64,000 bases of DNA from Nanobdellota archaeon (GTDB lineage Archaea > Nanobdellota > Nanobdellia > Parvarchaeales > Parvarchaeaceae). Below the pieces are notes generated by a model. It did not search any database, had not been told where the DNA came from, and saw nothing but the letters and a program-made list of their open reading frames with translations. Position numbers and translations under genes: made by a program. Shown piece by piece: positions 1 to 10,385 of this stretch (position 1 is its first letter; each line of letters begins with the position of its first letter). Location: positions 13,598 to 77,597 of the forward strand of contig JAJZWM010000001.1 in NCBI GenBank assembly GCA_021846665.1. The letters run 5' to 3'.

Positions 1-2319
1 ATTACCAGAATCAGAATGTACAAGCAAAGCATTAGAAGTTCTTACAACATTGTTTGGAATACCAGATCCAGGATCATATATCCACATTCCCAATAAAGAA
101 TTATTAAAAGGACCATTTTCATAGCCTTGAGCTGATGAGAAAAGAGATTCTATAGGGATAGGATTTAAAGGGTAACCCTTATCAAATACATACATGTTGG
201 TATCAAAATTATTATTGTAATTTACCTGTATTACTCCAGTAGTGGCTGACATAGAAGAAAGAAAGTCCTGATATAACTCATAGGTTATACTTTCACTATT
301 TTCAGAGTTATAAAAGATAGTGCTTAAATTATTATTTCCATATAATGCAACAAGATATGGATCTTTTATTTTTGTGTTACCTACATTTTTAACAGTTATA
401 ACAAGATTAACCGAAGAAGAATTTGCATTAAATTCTGGACAATTTGTACCTATATCCTGAAGGAAAAGAGTAGAATCGGCTTCTGGATTAGATGGATTTT
501 TCTGTCCCTTAAATAAACCACAGTAATCACCAGCATTATTAGCTACGTAGATTGAATTAATCCAAGCATCTGTAACGTTCTGTGCATGTATTCCTGTTGA
601 AGTACATTTTATGTTATTTGCAAATATTCCATCCTCAAAATTTAGATACTGACTTGCACTTTTACTAAAACAGTTTGTATTGTTGAAAAAAGCATTACAA
701 GTTCCAATTGCAGTTGTGTAATTTTCAGATACAGTTGAGGGTATTATTCTAGTATAACTTGGTGAAGTATAAACTCCACTATTAGTATTAAAGTTTTCTC
801 CATAAAAGCAAAAACTATTCAAAGCAGTCAATGTAAAACTATTCTCAGGAGAAGAACTTGAATAACCCGGAGTAAATGAAGCGTTATACAACTGATTATT
901 CTTTAGATTATTTGATAACCATAACCTCTCATAAGAAATATTATTTATTGTCGATGGATTTTCAAAAGTGCAGCTACTTAATGTATTACCAGTACTAGAA
1001 TTCCAGGCACATATAGGGAATATACCATCAGTCCTAAACTGAAGGTAGATACCATTGTCATAATTAGGATAGTAAACTCCTTCCAGATCTGGAGAGGTAA
1101 AAGTATCTGCAGTTTGAGTGGTTATTACATCTTGTCCATATCTTAAACATGCACCGTGTGGGCCTTCTTCAGTACATATAGTTTGAGATCTAGAGGTATT
1201 TAATAATGAGGAAATACCTTTATTTGAGACATAAATTTCAACATTTGTAGAGTTACCTCCATAATAAGATAGAGATAGCGGGGTTAAAAAATCTGTAGAA
1301 ACGTTTAGGTATTGGATATCTCCGTTATTTCCTTTAGGAAACTGAGCATAATCAACAGATGGCATAGTATACCTAAAAGCAGGGCTTATTGACTGAACTT
1401 GGTATGCCAAAAGCGAATTAAATGAATCCACCCATGGATCATTTCCTAAGTTAAGGAGATATCCAAGAGCATAATCTGCGCCATAGGCATTCTGATTAGA
1501 AGACGCTAGAAAAACAGAAGGAGTAAAGCCACTTAGAGTTGATATATTATATAAAGTCCCTACAAAACCTAGGAAAGGTATATAATTGTTTATGAAAGTG
1601 GAACCGCATGAAACTGCAGGTATTATCAATGTACTTTTTGGTATACTGCCAGCGATATCAGGATAACCTGTAAAAGAATTATTTATAGCATAAATAAAGT
1701 CAGTTCCATCATAAGAATGTATAGTTGAGCTGCTCCAATCTATAAAGTTTTGATAAGGAAATTTTGGTGAAGGCAATTGATAGATATTCTGCGAGCTACC
1801 ATTACTTGTTGCTGAATAAAGATTTGAAAAGTTTACACCACCATTCTTTGGAAAATTGTTATCAGCCTGTGGAAAACCAAGGTAACCTACTAAGTTATTA
1901 AATGTAGAAGTCTTTGGACCGCCTCCACATGAAAATAAAGTAAACAAACTTAGACATAAATGAGTAGCGGCTGTTATCTTATTAACTGCACTACAGGAAT
2001 AACTACCTGAATTATCTGATATATTTCCAGGATAAAATTTCTCATTAAACCAGAAATTACTTTTATAGTAAATAGAAGTAGAGAAGACATACTCATTATC
2101 TATTATAGAACTAGATAGGTAAGGGCCATTGTAACTAGATGCTAAATTCAATAAAGGATTAGGAACGCTTGATATATTTATTAAATTTAAATTTTGAGAG
2201 GGATTAATAGACAAATTGTTATTTGATAAAATGATTATCCATCTATGCGCAATAAGTATAGATAAAACAACTATTAAGCAAATCATCAAAACTTCAGCAT
2301 ACACTTTTCTTTTATCCAT
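1..2319 (-). CDS. Large secreted/surface glycoprotein, N-terminal ~770 aa (C-terminus lies beyond the window start); last gene of the giant pilin-like operon
   Basis: Minus-strand frame opening with ATG at 2317-2319 (MDKRKVYAEVLMICLIVVLSILIAHRW...) and running off the window edge, so absent from the ORF track. N-terminal hydrophobic anchor. Very Asn/Ser/Thr-rich with many N-x-S/T sequons. Start lies 4 nt after the stop of the upstream 1141-aa gene. Confidence 0.6.
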   Translation of the reverse strand, partial: MDKRKVYAEVLMICLIVVLSILIAHRWIIILSNNNLSINPSQNLNLINISSVPNPLLNLASSYNGPYLSSSIIDNEYVFSTSIYYKSNFWFNEKFYPGNISDNSGSYSCSAVNKITAATHLCLSLFTLFSCGGGPKTSTFNNLVGYLGFPQADNNFPKNGGVNFSNLYSATSNGSSQNIYQLPSPKFPYQNFIDWSSSTIHSYDGTDFIYAINNSFTGYPDIAGSIPKSTLIIPAVSCGSTFINNYIPFLGFVGTLYNISTLSGFTPSVFLASSNQNAYGADYALGYLLNLGNDPWVDSFNSLLAYQVQSISPAFRYTMPSVDYAQFPKGNNGDIQYLNVSTDFLTPLSLSYYGGNSTNVEIYVSNKGISSLLNTSRSQTICTEEGPHGACLRYGQDVITTQTADTFTSPDLEGVYYPNYDNGIYLQFRTDGIFPICAWNSSTGNTLSSCTFENPSTINNISYERLWLSNNLKNNQLYNASFTPGYSSSSPENSFTLTALNSFCFYGENFNTNSGVYTSPSYTRIIPSTVSENYTTAIGTCNAFFNNTNCFSKSASQYLNFEDGIFANNIKCTSTGIHAQNVTDAWINSIYVANNAGDYCGLFKGQKNPSNPEADSTLFLQDIGTNCPEFNANSSSVNLVITVKNVGNTKIKDPYLVALYGNNNLSTIFYNSENSESITYELYQDFLSSMSATTGVIQVNYNNNFDTNMYVFDKGYPLNPIPIESLFSSAQGYENGPFNNSLLGMWIYDPGSGIPNNVVRTSNALLVHSDSGN

Positions 2320-2322
2320 AAA

Positions 2323-5300
2323 TCATGGCCAATTTGTATAAGTTTTCTTTCCTATTATAGTTAAATTAGGGTATAATGTACTAAAATCATTATATAATTC
2401 ATTTATATTAAAGCTTGGAGGATAAGCTGAATAAGTTCCATTAAGAAGTGTTAGCTTAAATGGATTAATATTTATACACGCAAATTCCTCGGAATAAAGA
2501 TTTAAAGATGAATTATAGATATAAGGTGGTATAGGTTCTGTATTTGAAAGATTTAATCCTAAACTAGAGTAATGTGCATTGAAATTATGCTGTTCATTAT
2601 TTGGATAAAAAAATGTAAAAGGCTGACTATTTGTGTTTAAAGCATAAAAGAAGGGAAAAACTGAAGAGCCATTATCAGAGAACTTTCCGTTATAAGAAGC
2701 GCCTTGTCCATAAACTATGTACAATTCATTAGGTACATTTTTTGTAAGGTTAATCCACAATAAACCGCCATCTATTAGTGCTGTTTGATTCCACCAGTAA
2801 AGCTGTGAAACATTATTATTTGAATAGACACCAAATATCTTTAAGTAACCCGGGATTAAATAACCAAAATTAAAATTACTATTGAGATTAATCTCGAGCT
2901 GAAAACTATTAGAAAAGGAAGATTGATTTAGAATAATCTCATTAAAGTAGGTGTTATTATTAGTTTTAAGTCCAAATGAACTATTTAAAGAAGGATTAAG
3001 TTCTGATGATGGTGCATAAGCTAATTCCTTTTCTATAGGTTTATAAAATGGGATATAATTACTAACAAAGGCATAATTTATAAGATCAGAAGAAGACTTA
3101 GAAGTGGTTGATATACCTAATAGATTAATAGCAGAGGTAATCTGAGTAGAATTACTATAAAAGTTACTTTGAAGATTAGAATCTAGGTATGCAGTAAGAT
3201 TACAACCGTTGTTATCAATGCAATAACGATTAAAACTTAATTCATTTTGTGTATTAGGTGAGATATGATCATTAGAACCGCCTAGTAAAGTTGCCGAATC
3301 GGCCCTTATAGAATAGTTATATAATCCATCCGGATTTTGTACTGAATTAAATGATGCTGAAATAACATTATTTGATAAATCCTCTCCGTTAGAAAAGAAA
3401 GCACTTATGCCTGCGTAAGGGCCAGTTGAATTAAATCCAACATTAAAACTGAAATTTATAGGTAGATTTAAAGATCCATTATACAATACAAATGTTCTAT
3501 TATAAAATGAAAATTTAGCTAAATCTGCCCCACCCCCATAAACTGAAACAAGTCTATAGTTACTGCTTTGAGAAGTTGTGAAATTTTTGTTGTTTATTAC
3601 AAAGTAATCTGGGCAGGTATTACTACTCGTTATCCAGTTCTTATAAGAAAAGCTAGAAACTTTATAGTATGGGCAAAAATATTGACCATTTGACATTTTA
3701 GTGCAGTATTCTCCTCTTGGAGCTGAACTAGTGGAATTTAGGTATTTTTCCATTGTATAATTACTTGTCTGTAGACTAGTAATACAAGTATGATTTAAGA
3801 ATAACTGAGAGATAATGGGAGCACAATTAATATAAGTTAAGTTATTCGTTATCAGAGCCTCGGAAAACCCTGGATATCCGGTAGAATAAGGTGATTTTTG
3901 TATACCGCATGCTTCAGTTGGTGTTAAACTTAGATCATTTTGATAGCCAAAATCTAATGAGATGGGTATTCCGAGTATTTCTTCGGAGAAATTTCCACTT
4001 ATAGGTAAACTCTTTACTGAATATGAATAATTTGATTTTACAGTGTAATTACTCGCATTTGCACAGGAACTTACCTCACTTGCATTTATAGATAAGTTTA
4101 AAACATTTATGTTAAAATTAACGCCCGAAAGAAAAGTTAATTCCTGTGGCATCTGCTGCTGTAACAAAGCAATAATATCTTGAGATAAAGTAGAAGAGAG
4201 CAAATTCCTACAATAAGTTAAATCCGAGCTATTTTGCTCACAATTATATATATAAGTTCCATAATACGGCTCCTTTACTCTGTTTAATTTATTCAAGAGA
4301 TAACTTGTTCCCTGCGGAGATCCAAGCTGCAGAATTAATGCAGAATACCAGTCATATTTTGGTTTACCATTTACTGACACAGTTTTAAGATTTACAGCAT
4401 TTATAGCATTTGATATATAATTGTCTATTTCATATTGGGCAAAACCTTCTATTTTCTGGTTGCCAATTGGAAAACTTTGATTTACAAATGATATCCCCAA
4501 CTGCATTAACTGGCTAAGATAATTATCACCAGTTATAGAATCAGAAAGCGTAAGGCAATTTTGTAAATTGTACTGTCCTTCATTATAATTTACACAAACT
4601 TGCGGTGAGTACAATGGAAACAAAGAATACGAAACATAGAGATTCTGATCATTTGGGAATAAAAGATTCTGTGTGCCTGAATTCTGTATACTATTTAGGA
4701 TATATTTATAATAAACGAACTGAGGCTGTATCCCAAACATAACATAATTTGTAGGTTTTATTGTAAATATCCCACTTGTATTTGAAGTTACTGAAAAAGT
4801 ATAGTTTGTACCATCAAAAATAAATCCGCTCTTTGAATCATTAAAAAGTTGTATTTTACTAGGTATATTATTTGCTTTATCATAGGATATAACACTGTTA
4901 AATGTGTATAAATTTTCATTTGGCATAGGAGTTAGATAAAATGAAGTAATACCAGATATTGTATTTGTGTAGATTATTGCCACATTTCCATTTGGAAATG
5001 TAAGTAGGCTATATTGGCTTGATGGGGAAAGTCCAGATCCTTTGAAAAAAGCGCTAACCGCAGTTGCCTGACTTATTACTCCAGAAAGAACATCCTGCAA
5101 AGGCATAGAAGTAAATTCCATATTTGATAGGTTAAAATTAACTCCTAAAGGAACATTATGACTAACATAAACACAACTACTAAATATCCATTTACATACT
5201 GAAAAGGTAGCCGATGAAGTATTATACTGAAATTGATATTTATTGCTCAAAAACGGAGCAGAGAGATTACTGAAAAAAATAGTATTATTATGATTAGAAA

Positions 5301-5748
5301 GATTAAGCACAAGATTAGACTGTATAGTTATATTAGATGAATTTACAATTTCAAATGAATTTTCACTCAGCAGCGTTTCAAGGCCGTATTCTATTAAATT
5401 GTTATTTGGAAGACAGATTTGGCCTGCCAAATTTCTCCAATAATAAACTTTGGGGATAGGCACAAACGGTAATGATTGAGAAGTATTTATATAGCCACAG
5501 TCCAGAGTACTCGGTTGCAATGTCAAGCCATCAAAAAGCTCTGCTTTCTGAAAATTATAATTCGCTTCTTGCATAAGATAATCTTTTAAAGCGAGTGTTT
5601 GATAGATACTATTTTGAGCGGTTATCTCTATTTTTGAGCTAAGTCCAACATTTCCTATATAACCAAAGGCATTAAGTGTTATATATATTGTAGCAGCGAC
5701 CATCCCAAGAACCACAATCATGTTTGCCTGTCCTTTAGTATTTAGCAT
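2323..5748 (-). CDS. Giant (1141 aa) type IV pilin-like surface protein with class III signal peptide
   Basis: N-terminus MLNTKGQ/ANMIVVLGMVAATIYI: basic residue, then G-Q, then a hydrophobic stretch, as in archaeal prepilin signal peptides. Remainder Asn-rich with dense N-glycosylation sequons. Tightly packed in an operon (stop/start spacing of a few nt). Confidence 0.7.
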   Translation of the reverse strand: MLNTKGQANMIVVLGMVAATIYITLNAFGYIGNVGLSSKIEITAQNSIYQTLALKDYLMQEANYNFQKAELFDGLTLQPSTLDCGYINTSQSLPFVPIPKVYYWRNLAGQICLPNNNLIEYGLETLLSENSFEIVNSSNITIQSNLVLNLSNHNNTIFFSNLSAPFLSNKYQFQYNTSSATFSVCKWIFSSCVYVSHNVPLGVNFNLSNMEFTSMPLQDVLSGVISQATAVSAFFKGSGLSPSSQYSLLTFPNGNVAIIYTNTISGITSFYLTPMPNENLYTFNSVISYDKANNIPSKIQLFNDSKSGFIFDGTNYTFSVTSNTSGIFTIKPTNYVMFGIQPQFVYYKYILNSIQNSGTQNLLFPNDQNLYVSYSLFPLYSPQVCVNYNEGQYNLQNCLTLSDSITGDNYLSQLMQLGISFVNQSFPIGNQKIEGFAQYEIDNYISNAINAVNLKTVSVNGKPKYDWYSALILQLGSPQGTSYLLNKLNRVKEPYYGTYIYNCEQNSSDLTYCRNLLSSTLSQDIIALLQQQMPQELTFLSGVNFNINVLNLSINASEVSSCANASNYTVKSNYSYSVKSLPISGNFSEEILGIPISLDFGYQNDLSLTPTEACGIQKSPYSTGYPGFSEALITNNLTYINCAPIISQLFLNHTCITSLQTSNYTMEKYLNSTSSAPRGEYCTKMSNGQYFCPYYKVSSFSYKNWITSSNTCPDYFVINNKNFTTSQSSNYRLVSVYGGGADLAKFSFYNRTFVLYNGSLNLPINFSFNVGFNSTGPYAGISAFFSNGEDLSNNVISASFNSVQNPDGLYNYSIRADSATLLGGSNDHISPNTQNELSFNRYCIDNNGCNLTAYLDSNLQSNFYSNSTQITSAINLLGISTTSKSSSDLINYAFVSNYIPFYKPIEKELAYAPSSELNPSLNSSFGLKTNNNTYFNEIILNQSSFSNSFQLEINLNSNFNFGYLIPGYLKIFGVYSNNNVSQLYWWNQTALIDGGLLWINLTKNVPNELYIVYGQGASYNGKFSDNGSSVFPFFYALNTNSQPFTFFYPNNEQHNFNAHYSSLGLNLSNTEPIPPYIYNSSLNLYSEEFACININPFKLTLLNGTYSAYPPSFNINELYNDFSTLYPNLTIIGKKTYTNWP

Positions 5749-6333
5749 TTAATTTATCACCCCATAAATAGTATAAGGCTTCGAAGGATCTGCAGGGTTA
5801 TAAACCTGCATACTACACTTTGAACTACCTGTAACACCTGCAGGTATTTGATTTAAGAAGACCTGCATCCCGAGTGCTTTTAATGTAGCAGATTCCTGTC
5901 CTGTCAAAACCTTAAAATTACTTAGAGAAAACCCAGAAAAATAACCTATAAAATCGCTATAAAGAGAAGAAGAATTATAAAGAGAGGTTTGAATATAATT
6001 GTAATTTGAATCGCATGCCCCACTGCAATTTGTTGAAAGATACTGCTCTTTATTTGAATTTGCAAGAGCGTACTGACTTGAGGCATGTAATGCCAACTGA
6101 GACAAAGCAAACGCATTATGAACATAGTATGTACTGTACATTGTATCCAAAGCAAAATTACATGAAAATGAGACTGGCTGTTGACTTACTGCCGTTAACA
6201 GATTTGCAGTAGCACTGTGCAATAAAGCAGATGCTATTACTGCTAACACTACTGCAGCTAATGGTGCTAAAACTAGGTCCAGCATAGTAAGCTGGCCTTT
6301 TTTGCTCACTCTAACTGTAAGGTGGAATTCCAT
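5749..6333 (-). CDS. Small pilin-like protein (class III signal peptide); probable true start at the internal Met (MEFHLTVRVSKKGQ/LTMLDLV...)
   Basis: SKKGQ/LTMLDLVLAPLAAVVLAVIASALL matches the archaeal prepilin pattern [KR]-G-Q followed by a hydrophobic helix with an acidic residue near +5. Mature part ~170 aa with paired Cys. The ORF-track version (to 6390) extends upstream through an overlap with the preceding gene. The ATG at 6333 overlaps the upstream gene by only ~22 nt. Confidence 0.6.
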   Translation of the reverse strand: MEFHLTVRVSKKGQLTMLDLVLAPLAAVVLAVIASALLHSATANLLTAVSQQPVSFSCNFALDTMYSTYYVHNAFALSQLALHASSQYALANSNKEQYLSTNCSGACDSNYNYIQTSLYNSSSLYSDFIGYFSGFSLSNFKVLTGQESATLKALGMQVFLNQIPAGVTGSSKCSMQVYNPADPSKPYTIYGVIN

Positions 6334-7117
6334 AAGTAACCTGAACCTGTAATACGCCGCTGTTTTGAAAAGTCGGCTGTCCTTGTGCATTAGTAAATTG
6401 TATTTCTACGGGAAAACTTTCGGTATATGTATTTTCAGCGTAGAATATAGACGCTAAAGCATACTGTGGAGCTATTTCTGTAGTAGAATGTTGGCCTACT
6501 GCAAGGATTATATTAAACTGAATAGCTCCTCCCGTAGCAATCATAATTGCCAAACTAGAAGCTAAGCTTGCACCCATCGCAGCGTATTCTGCATTTTTTG
6601 CATATTTTTCTATTAAAGCTTCTGTCTGCTGAAAGCTTTCTCCAAAGTTAAATTGATTATAATTAGAAAGATACAAAGAACCAGTTGGACCAAGCTCGTT
6701 TGGATTTTGAGTATCAAACAAAGTTAATGAAACGCCCGTTGCAGCCTCAAGGTCTGACTGTAAGGCAGGTATATCTGTCGCTCCTCCAAAATAAATGTAT
6801 TGCATGCAAGAAAGAAAATAATTTTCAATGAATTTATTTATATTTACTACTCCAGGTTCGGTGTATGAAGATGAATATAATGGTCCGCCTGGAGCATCAA
6901 GACTTGAATTATAATAAGATATCGTATTTTTATAAGCAAAGCAATTTGGAGAAGTTATTAACCTTGTACCTATACCTGCCGCAACAGATTCCGAGTTTGC
7001 AAAAACACTTGTGCTATTTATCTGAGAAACGCTAAAAGATAATACCACTAATAAGAGAGCAAATGCAACTATTAGTATACCTGCATTCAAAAAAGCCATC
7101 ATCTCAACTAATGCCAT
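6311..7117 (-). CDS. Membrane-anchored protein of the pilin-like operon (N-terminal and C-terminal hydrophobic segments)
   Basis: 268 aa. N-terminus MALVEMMAFLNAGILIVAFALLLVVLSF is hydrophobic. A second hydrophobic stretch (ASLASSLAIMIATGGAIQFNIILAVG) lies near the C-terminus. Located between two pilin-like genes. Confidence 0.5.
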   Translation of the reverse strand: MALVEMMAFLNAGILIVAFALLLVVLSFSVSQINSTSVFANSESVAAGIGTRLITSPNCFAYKNTISYYNSSLDAPGGPLYSSSYTEPGVVNINKFIENYFLSCMQYIYFGGATDIPALQSDLEAATGVSLTLFDTQNPNELGPTGSLYLSNYNQFNFGESFQQTEALIEKYAKNAEYAAMGASLASSLAIMIATGGAIQFNIILAVGQHSTTEIAPQYALASIFYAENTYTESFPVEIQFTNAQGQPTFQNSGVLQVQVTYGIPPYS

Positions 7118-7123
7118 TTTTGC

Positions 7124-9568
7124 TCAACTCCTTGAAAAGTAAGTTCCTCCGGATGAATTTGGATTGTTCGGATAAACCCCGAAAACTAAACTATTATAAA
7201 CATTTCTTATATTATAATCTGTTGTATTAGCTTGTTGTGTTTTTGTAAATTCTAATGTTACATTTGAATAATCTGTTTCGTAGTATGAAAGATTCGTATC
7301 ATATGCAGATATAGCTATCATGGGAGAAATTAAGAAATTATCTAAAGATGTCGATGTACCAACTTGAAGTTTGGGGATACTTTTTCCAATAAAAGATGCA
7401 ATTAAGGAAGCCACTGGAAAATCTACACCGAAATCAACTTTCAGTTTTGGTTGACCGCCACCTATGAAATTACCTGCAGATAGAAAGCTGTTTTGCCCTA
7501 GAAGGTTAGTTGCAGTTAACTGATTTGGAAAATCCATTACAGGAACAGAAAAACCAAATAATGAACCATTGTTTATATAGAAATCCGAGTTATCTCCCAT
7601 ATTTTCCAATTCTGATAATTCATTTTGGGTTAAGTTTATATTAACTTTTCCATCGCTTAAATTTGTAATATTAACACATGATATTGGTGCACCATATTCA
7701 GTAACATTAAATGAGGGATTATTGAAATTGTTTGTATCTATTATTGGAGAGCCGAAAGAATCAATAAGCATCCTGTATATACAAAGATTTACATCGTTTT
7801 TCTGATTAGAGATAGCTAATGATTCTCCTGGTGGCAATAAAATTGTTATGTTTTTACTGCTTGCTTTTGAATTAAAAAGATTGTTGAGTTCTGTTTGAAG
7901 TGTATGTGGAAATAAGGCATTATTTTTTGAGCAAAGGGTATTGTAAAGCCCTTGAGATATAGAAAATGAGATAGAACCGTTACCACTTGGCTGTATAAGA
8001 GTCCTTAAATTCTGCCCTGAGTCTGCTGCAGTCTGTGCCAGTTCACACATATCATTCATATCTGTTATCAAAGGAGTAGTAACTTGTGTTGGTCTACCGC
8101 TTGACTGGCCGTTAAGGTATACCTCCCCGCCATATCCTACAAAATATGTCCCCAAAGGAAGAACGCTATTCACTTTTGTATATAAATTTATAAGCGTGGT
8201 AGCTGCACCTAGCTCAGATGATATCGAAGAAAATGCAGATCCAACTCCATTTGAGGTATAAGTCTTTAAATTTAAAGGCTGGGATGGAAGACTTAAGCAA
8301 CTAGCGGTTCTAGCATAAACTAGAAATGCATTCTGTGCAAGGAAAAATGGGATAGAAAGTAATGGATCTTTTCCACTTGATGACAACGCGACTGAACCTA
8401 TTAATGAACTTGAAGAACTTAAAGAACCTGGGGCTGAAACACCAGAAATTGGAGTTCCATAAAGATTATTTGAAGAAGCTGTAACTGCTGCATTAGAAAG
8501 TTCTGATAAGACATTCTGCTTTACAGTAACCTGCTTTGAAGTAAAGAGAATTAAAGTATCCTTTCCAATACCTGAAGGCAAAGAATTTAATGTCTGCTCG
8601 CTTGATAACAACTGAGAGTATTGCTGTAATACATAATCTGCTGCTGCGTACTTAAACGGTAATGGTGCCTGTGTAAGATATGCTGAAGCTATCTGTTGAC
8701 TTATTGATACAGATGGCCCTGTCAAAGCCCCGATTTGATGTCCATTTACATAAATTCCTTTAGTAACAAAGGTATTTAGGTTTCTACTATTAGTACCAAA
8801 CCAAGCCTCTATTATAGGAATAGATACTAAAGCTACAGAAAGAGATGCTACAGCGGTTGGTATAAGTATTTTCATACTTGGCAAAGCATCTCTTATATTT
8901 GAAAGACTACTAGAAAGAAGAGAATCCTCTGGAAGGTCTTGAAAAACCATTTCGTTTGCTTTACTACCTACAGCTATCAACCCATCAGATAATGCACTTT
9001 TTATCTTATATGATAAAATACCAAATTTTGTAAGTCCGGAGCTTTTTAAGTCGTCTGAAAGTTCTCCACGTAAGGCCGCGTCTGATAATTGAGCCTGTTC
9101 CTGCAAGATCGAATCTGCTTCCGTTGTCGCCTCATCTTTTGTGATCTGCGCAGCTTCATCGGTAGCTTCTTTTGCGGCATCTTCAGACCCGCCAACCCCC
9201 CCAAAACCGTATCCTATCATGAAACAAAGAGCAACACTAAAAACATTTTTACCCGAATCCAGAGTAGGGCCATTAGTGTATGATACATTATATACTTTAG
9301 ACCCGCCTGCACAGGTATAAGCGGATATTGATGGATCCCAAGTACACAATGAACTGTTTCCAGCTAGAGTAATAGACATTGAGGAAGGGGCACTATACAA
9401 AGAATTTATTGAAAAACCTATATTATTAGCGAATAACTGCAAAGATCTTGCGCCATTTTGAAAGAAAAGCCCCTGCAAATTAGCAAAATAAACTCCTACT
9501 AAAAGAAAGGCAGCAGATAAGATAATAACTCCTATACCTATAACTATCTGCGCCTTCTTAGTCAACAT
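7124..9568 (-). CDS. Giant (814 aa) type IV pilin-like surface protein with class III signal peptide; first gene of operon
   Basis: N-terminus MLTKKAQ/IVIGIGVIILSAAFLLVGVYFA (K-K-A-Q then hydrophobic helix). Contains an acidic low-complexity linker (DEAAQITKDEATTEADSILQEQAQLSDAALRGELSDD) and an internal hydrophobic segment (MKILIPTAVASLSVALVSIPII). Ser/Asn-rich. Confidence 0.7.
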   Translation of the reverse strand: MLTKKAQIVIGIGVIILSAAFLLVGVYFANLQGLFFQNGARSLQLFANNIGFSINSLYSAPSSMSITLAGNSSLCTWDPSISAYTCAGGSKVYNVSYTNGPTLDSGKNVFSVALCFMIGYGFGGVGGSEDAAKEATDEAAQITKDEATTEADSILQEQAQLSDAALRGELSDDLKSSGLTKFGILSYKIKSALSDGLIAVGSKANEMVFQDLPEDSLLSSSLSNIRDALPSMKILIPTAVASLSVALVSIPIIEAWFGTNSRNLNTFVTKGIYVNGHQIGALTGPSVSISQQIASAYLTQAPLPFKYAAADYVLQQYSQLLSSEQTLNSLPSGIGKDTLILFTSKQVTVKQNVLSELSNAAVTASSNNLYGTPISGVSAPGSLSSSSSLIGSVALSSSGKDPLLSIPFFLAQNAFLVYARTASCLSLPSQPLNLKTYTSNGVGSAFSSISSELGAATTLINLYTKVNSVLPLGTYFVGYGGEVYLNGQSSGRPTQVTTPLITDMNDMCELAQTAADSGQNLRTLIQPSGNGSISFSISQGLYNTLCSKNNALFPHTLQTELNNLFNSKASSKNITILLPPGESLAISNQKNDVNLCIYRMLIDSFGSPIIDTNNFNNPSFNVTEYGAPISCVNITNLSDGKVNINLTQNELSELENMGDNSDFYINNGSLFGFSVPVMDFPNQLTATNLLGQNSFLSAGNFIGGGQPKLKVDFGVDFPVASLIASFIGKSIPKLQVGTSTSLDNFLISPMIAISAYDTNLSYYETDYSNVTLEFTKTQQANTTDYNIRNVYNSLVFGVYPNNPNSSGGTYFSRS

Positions 9569-9587
9569 AAAGAATTATAATTATGTT

Positions 9588-9606
9588 TAATATTTATCCT
9601 TTTTTA
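9588..9606 (-). promoter_or_regulatory. Candidate archaeal BRE/TATA promoter for the pilin-like operon (leaderless or near-leaderless)
   Basis: Minus-strand sequence AAAAAAGGATAAATATTAAACATAATTATAATTCTTT-ATG. It has a purine-rich BRE-like run plus an ATAAATAT TATA-like box ~30 nt upstream of the ATG at 9568. No SD is visible. Confidence 0.35.
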
Positions 9607-9629
9607 GATATTAATTAGTTTTATAAAAA

Positions 9630-10335
9630 TTAGAAAGTGTATTCTATCTCACTTTTAGAGCCACATTTTTCCTGAAATTGTTTAAATGCATTTTCTAGAT
9701 TATTTTTATAGTAGCTTTTTAGTTCTTCTGCAACTTTATGTGAAAACATTTTTGCTCTATAATAAAAATTTGAAAGAATCTGTTCAAATTTTTCCAGATT
9801 ATCAACTTTTATCTTTCGATTTTATTGAACTCTTCAGAATTTGCCCTCTTTGATAATAGACTTTTCCAAGTTTTCTCATCTTTTATAAATCTTGGGATAG
9901 CCAGCATTGCCTTCTCTTTAGGTATATACAAAAATAAAGCAGTTATAGCTGGACTTGAACTGTATTTTGCTTTGTAATTTTTAGCAGGATCTGGATATTC
10001 TTTAATAATATTTTGATATAGATAACCAGACTTTTGATGTAAAGCTGCTTCATATACTTTATCATAATTTACAGGTATCCCTGATTTTAAAAGACAATCA
10101 GATGTTGTTAAAAAATAAGTTGGATTTGATTTAATTAACTCGTCTTTACTTAATCTATAAACCTTCCCTTTTATTTTGTGCGTATCCTGGCCTTCAGAAT
10201 AGGTAAAACTTCTATATTTATCGCTGTTGAATCTAAGGAATCTAAAATAGCATCCATTGCACTTTCTAATTTAGAATCTTTGTATTTATGATATGCTTTA
10301 TCTGCTGCAAAGTTTATCAAATCAAATAATCCCAT
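9630..10335 (-). pseudogene. Frameshifted gene remnant (three consecutive open frames A, B, C in three different reading frames, ~235 codons in total)
   Basis: Frame A (MGLFDLINFAADKAYHKYKDSKLESAMDAILDSLDSTAINIEVLPILKARIRTK, 10335 to 10171) stops. Frame B opens ~40 codons before that stop and stays open ~150 codons without any ATG until near its end (ending at 9820). Frame C (..KVDNLEKFEQILSNFYYRAKMFSHKVAEELKSYYKNNLENAFKQFQEKCGSKSEIEYTF, ending at 9630) opens 2 codons before the frame B stop. Both switch points lie in A-runs. Long ATG-less open frames are improbable by chance in 70% AT DNA. Confidence 0.4.
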
Positions 10336-10385
10336 ATTCACTACTCGATTAGTACTAATTCTAACAGTGTAAAAAAACTTTAAAG

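Noticed and set aside
6311-7117. Calling the 268-aa protein a third-class pilin (MAFLNAG/ILIV)
   Set aside because: The residue before the putative cleavage site is not charged and there is no G/A-Q. It is kept as a generic membrane-anchored operon member.
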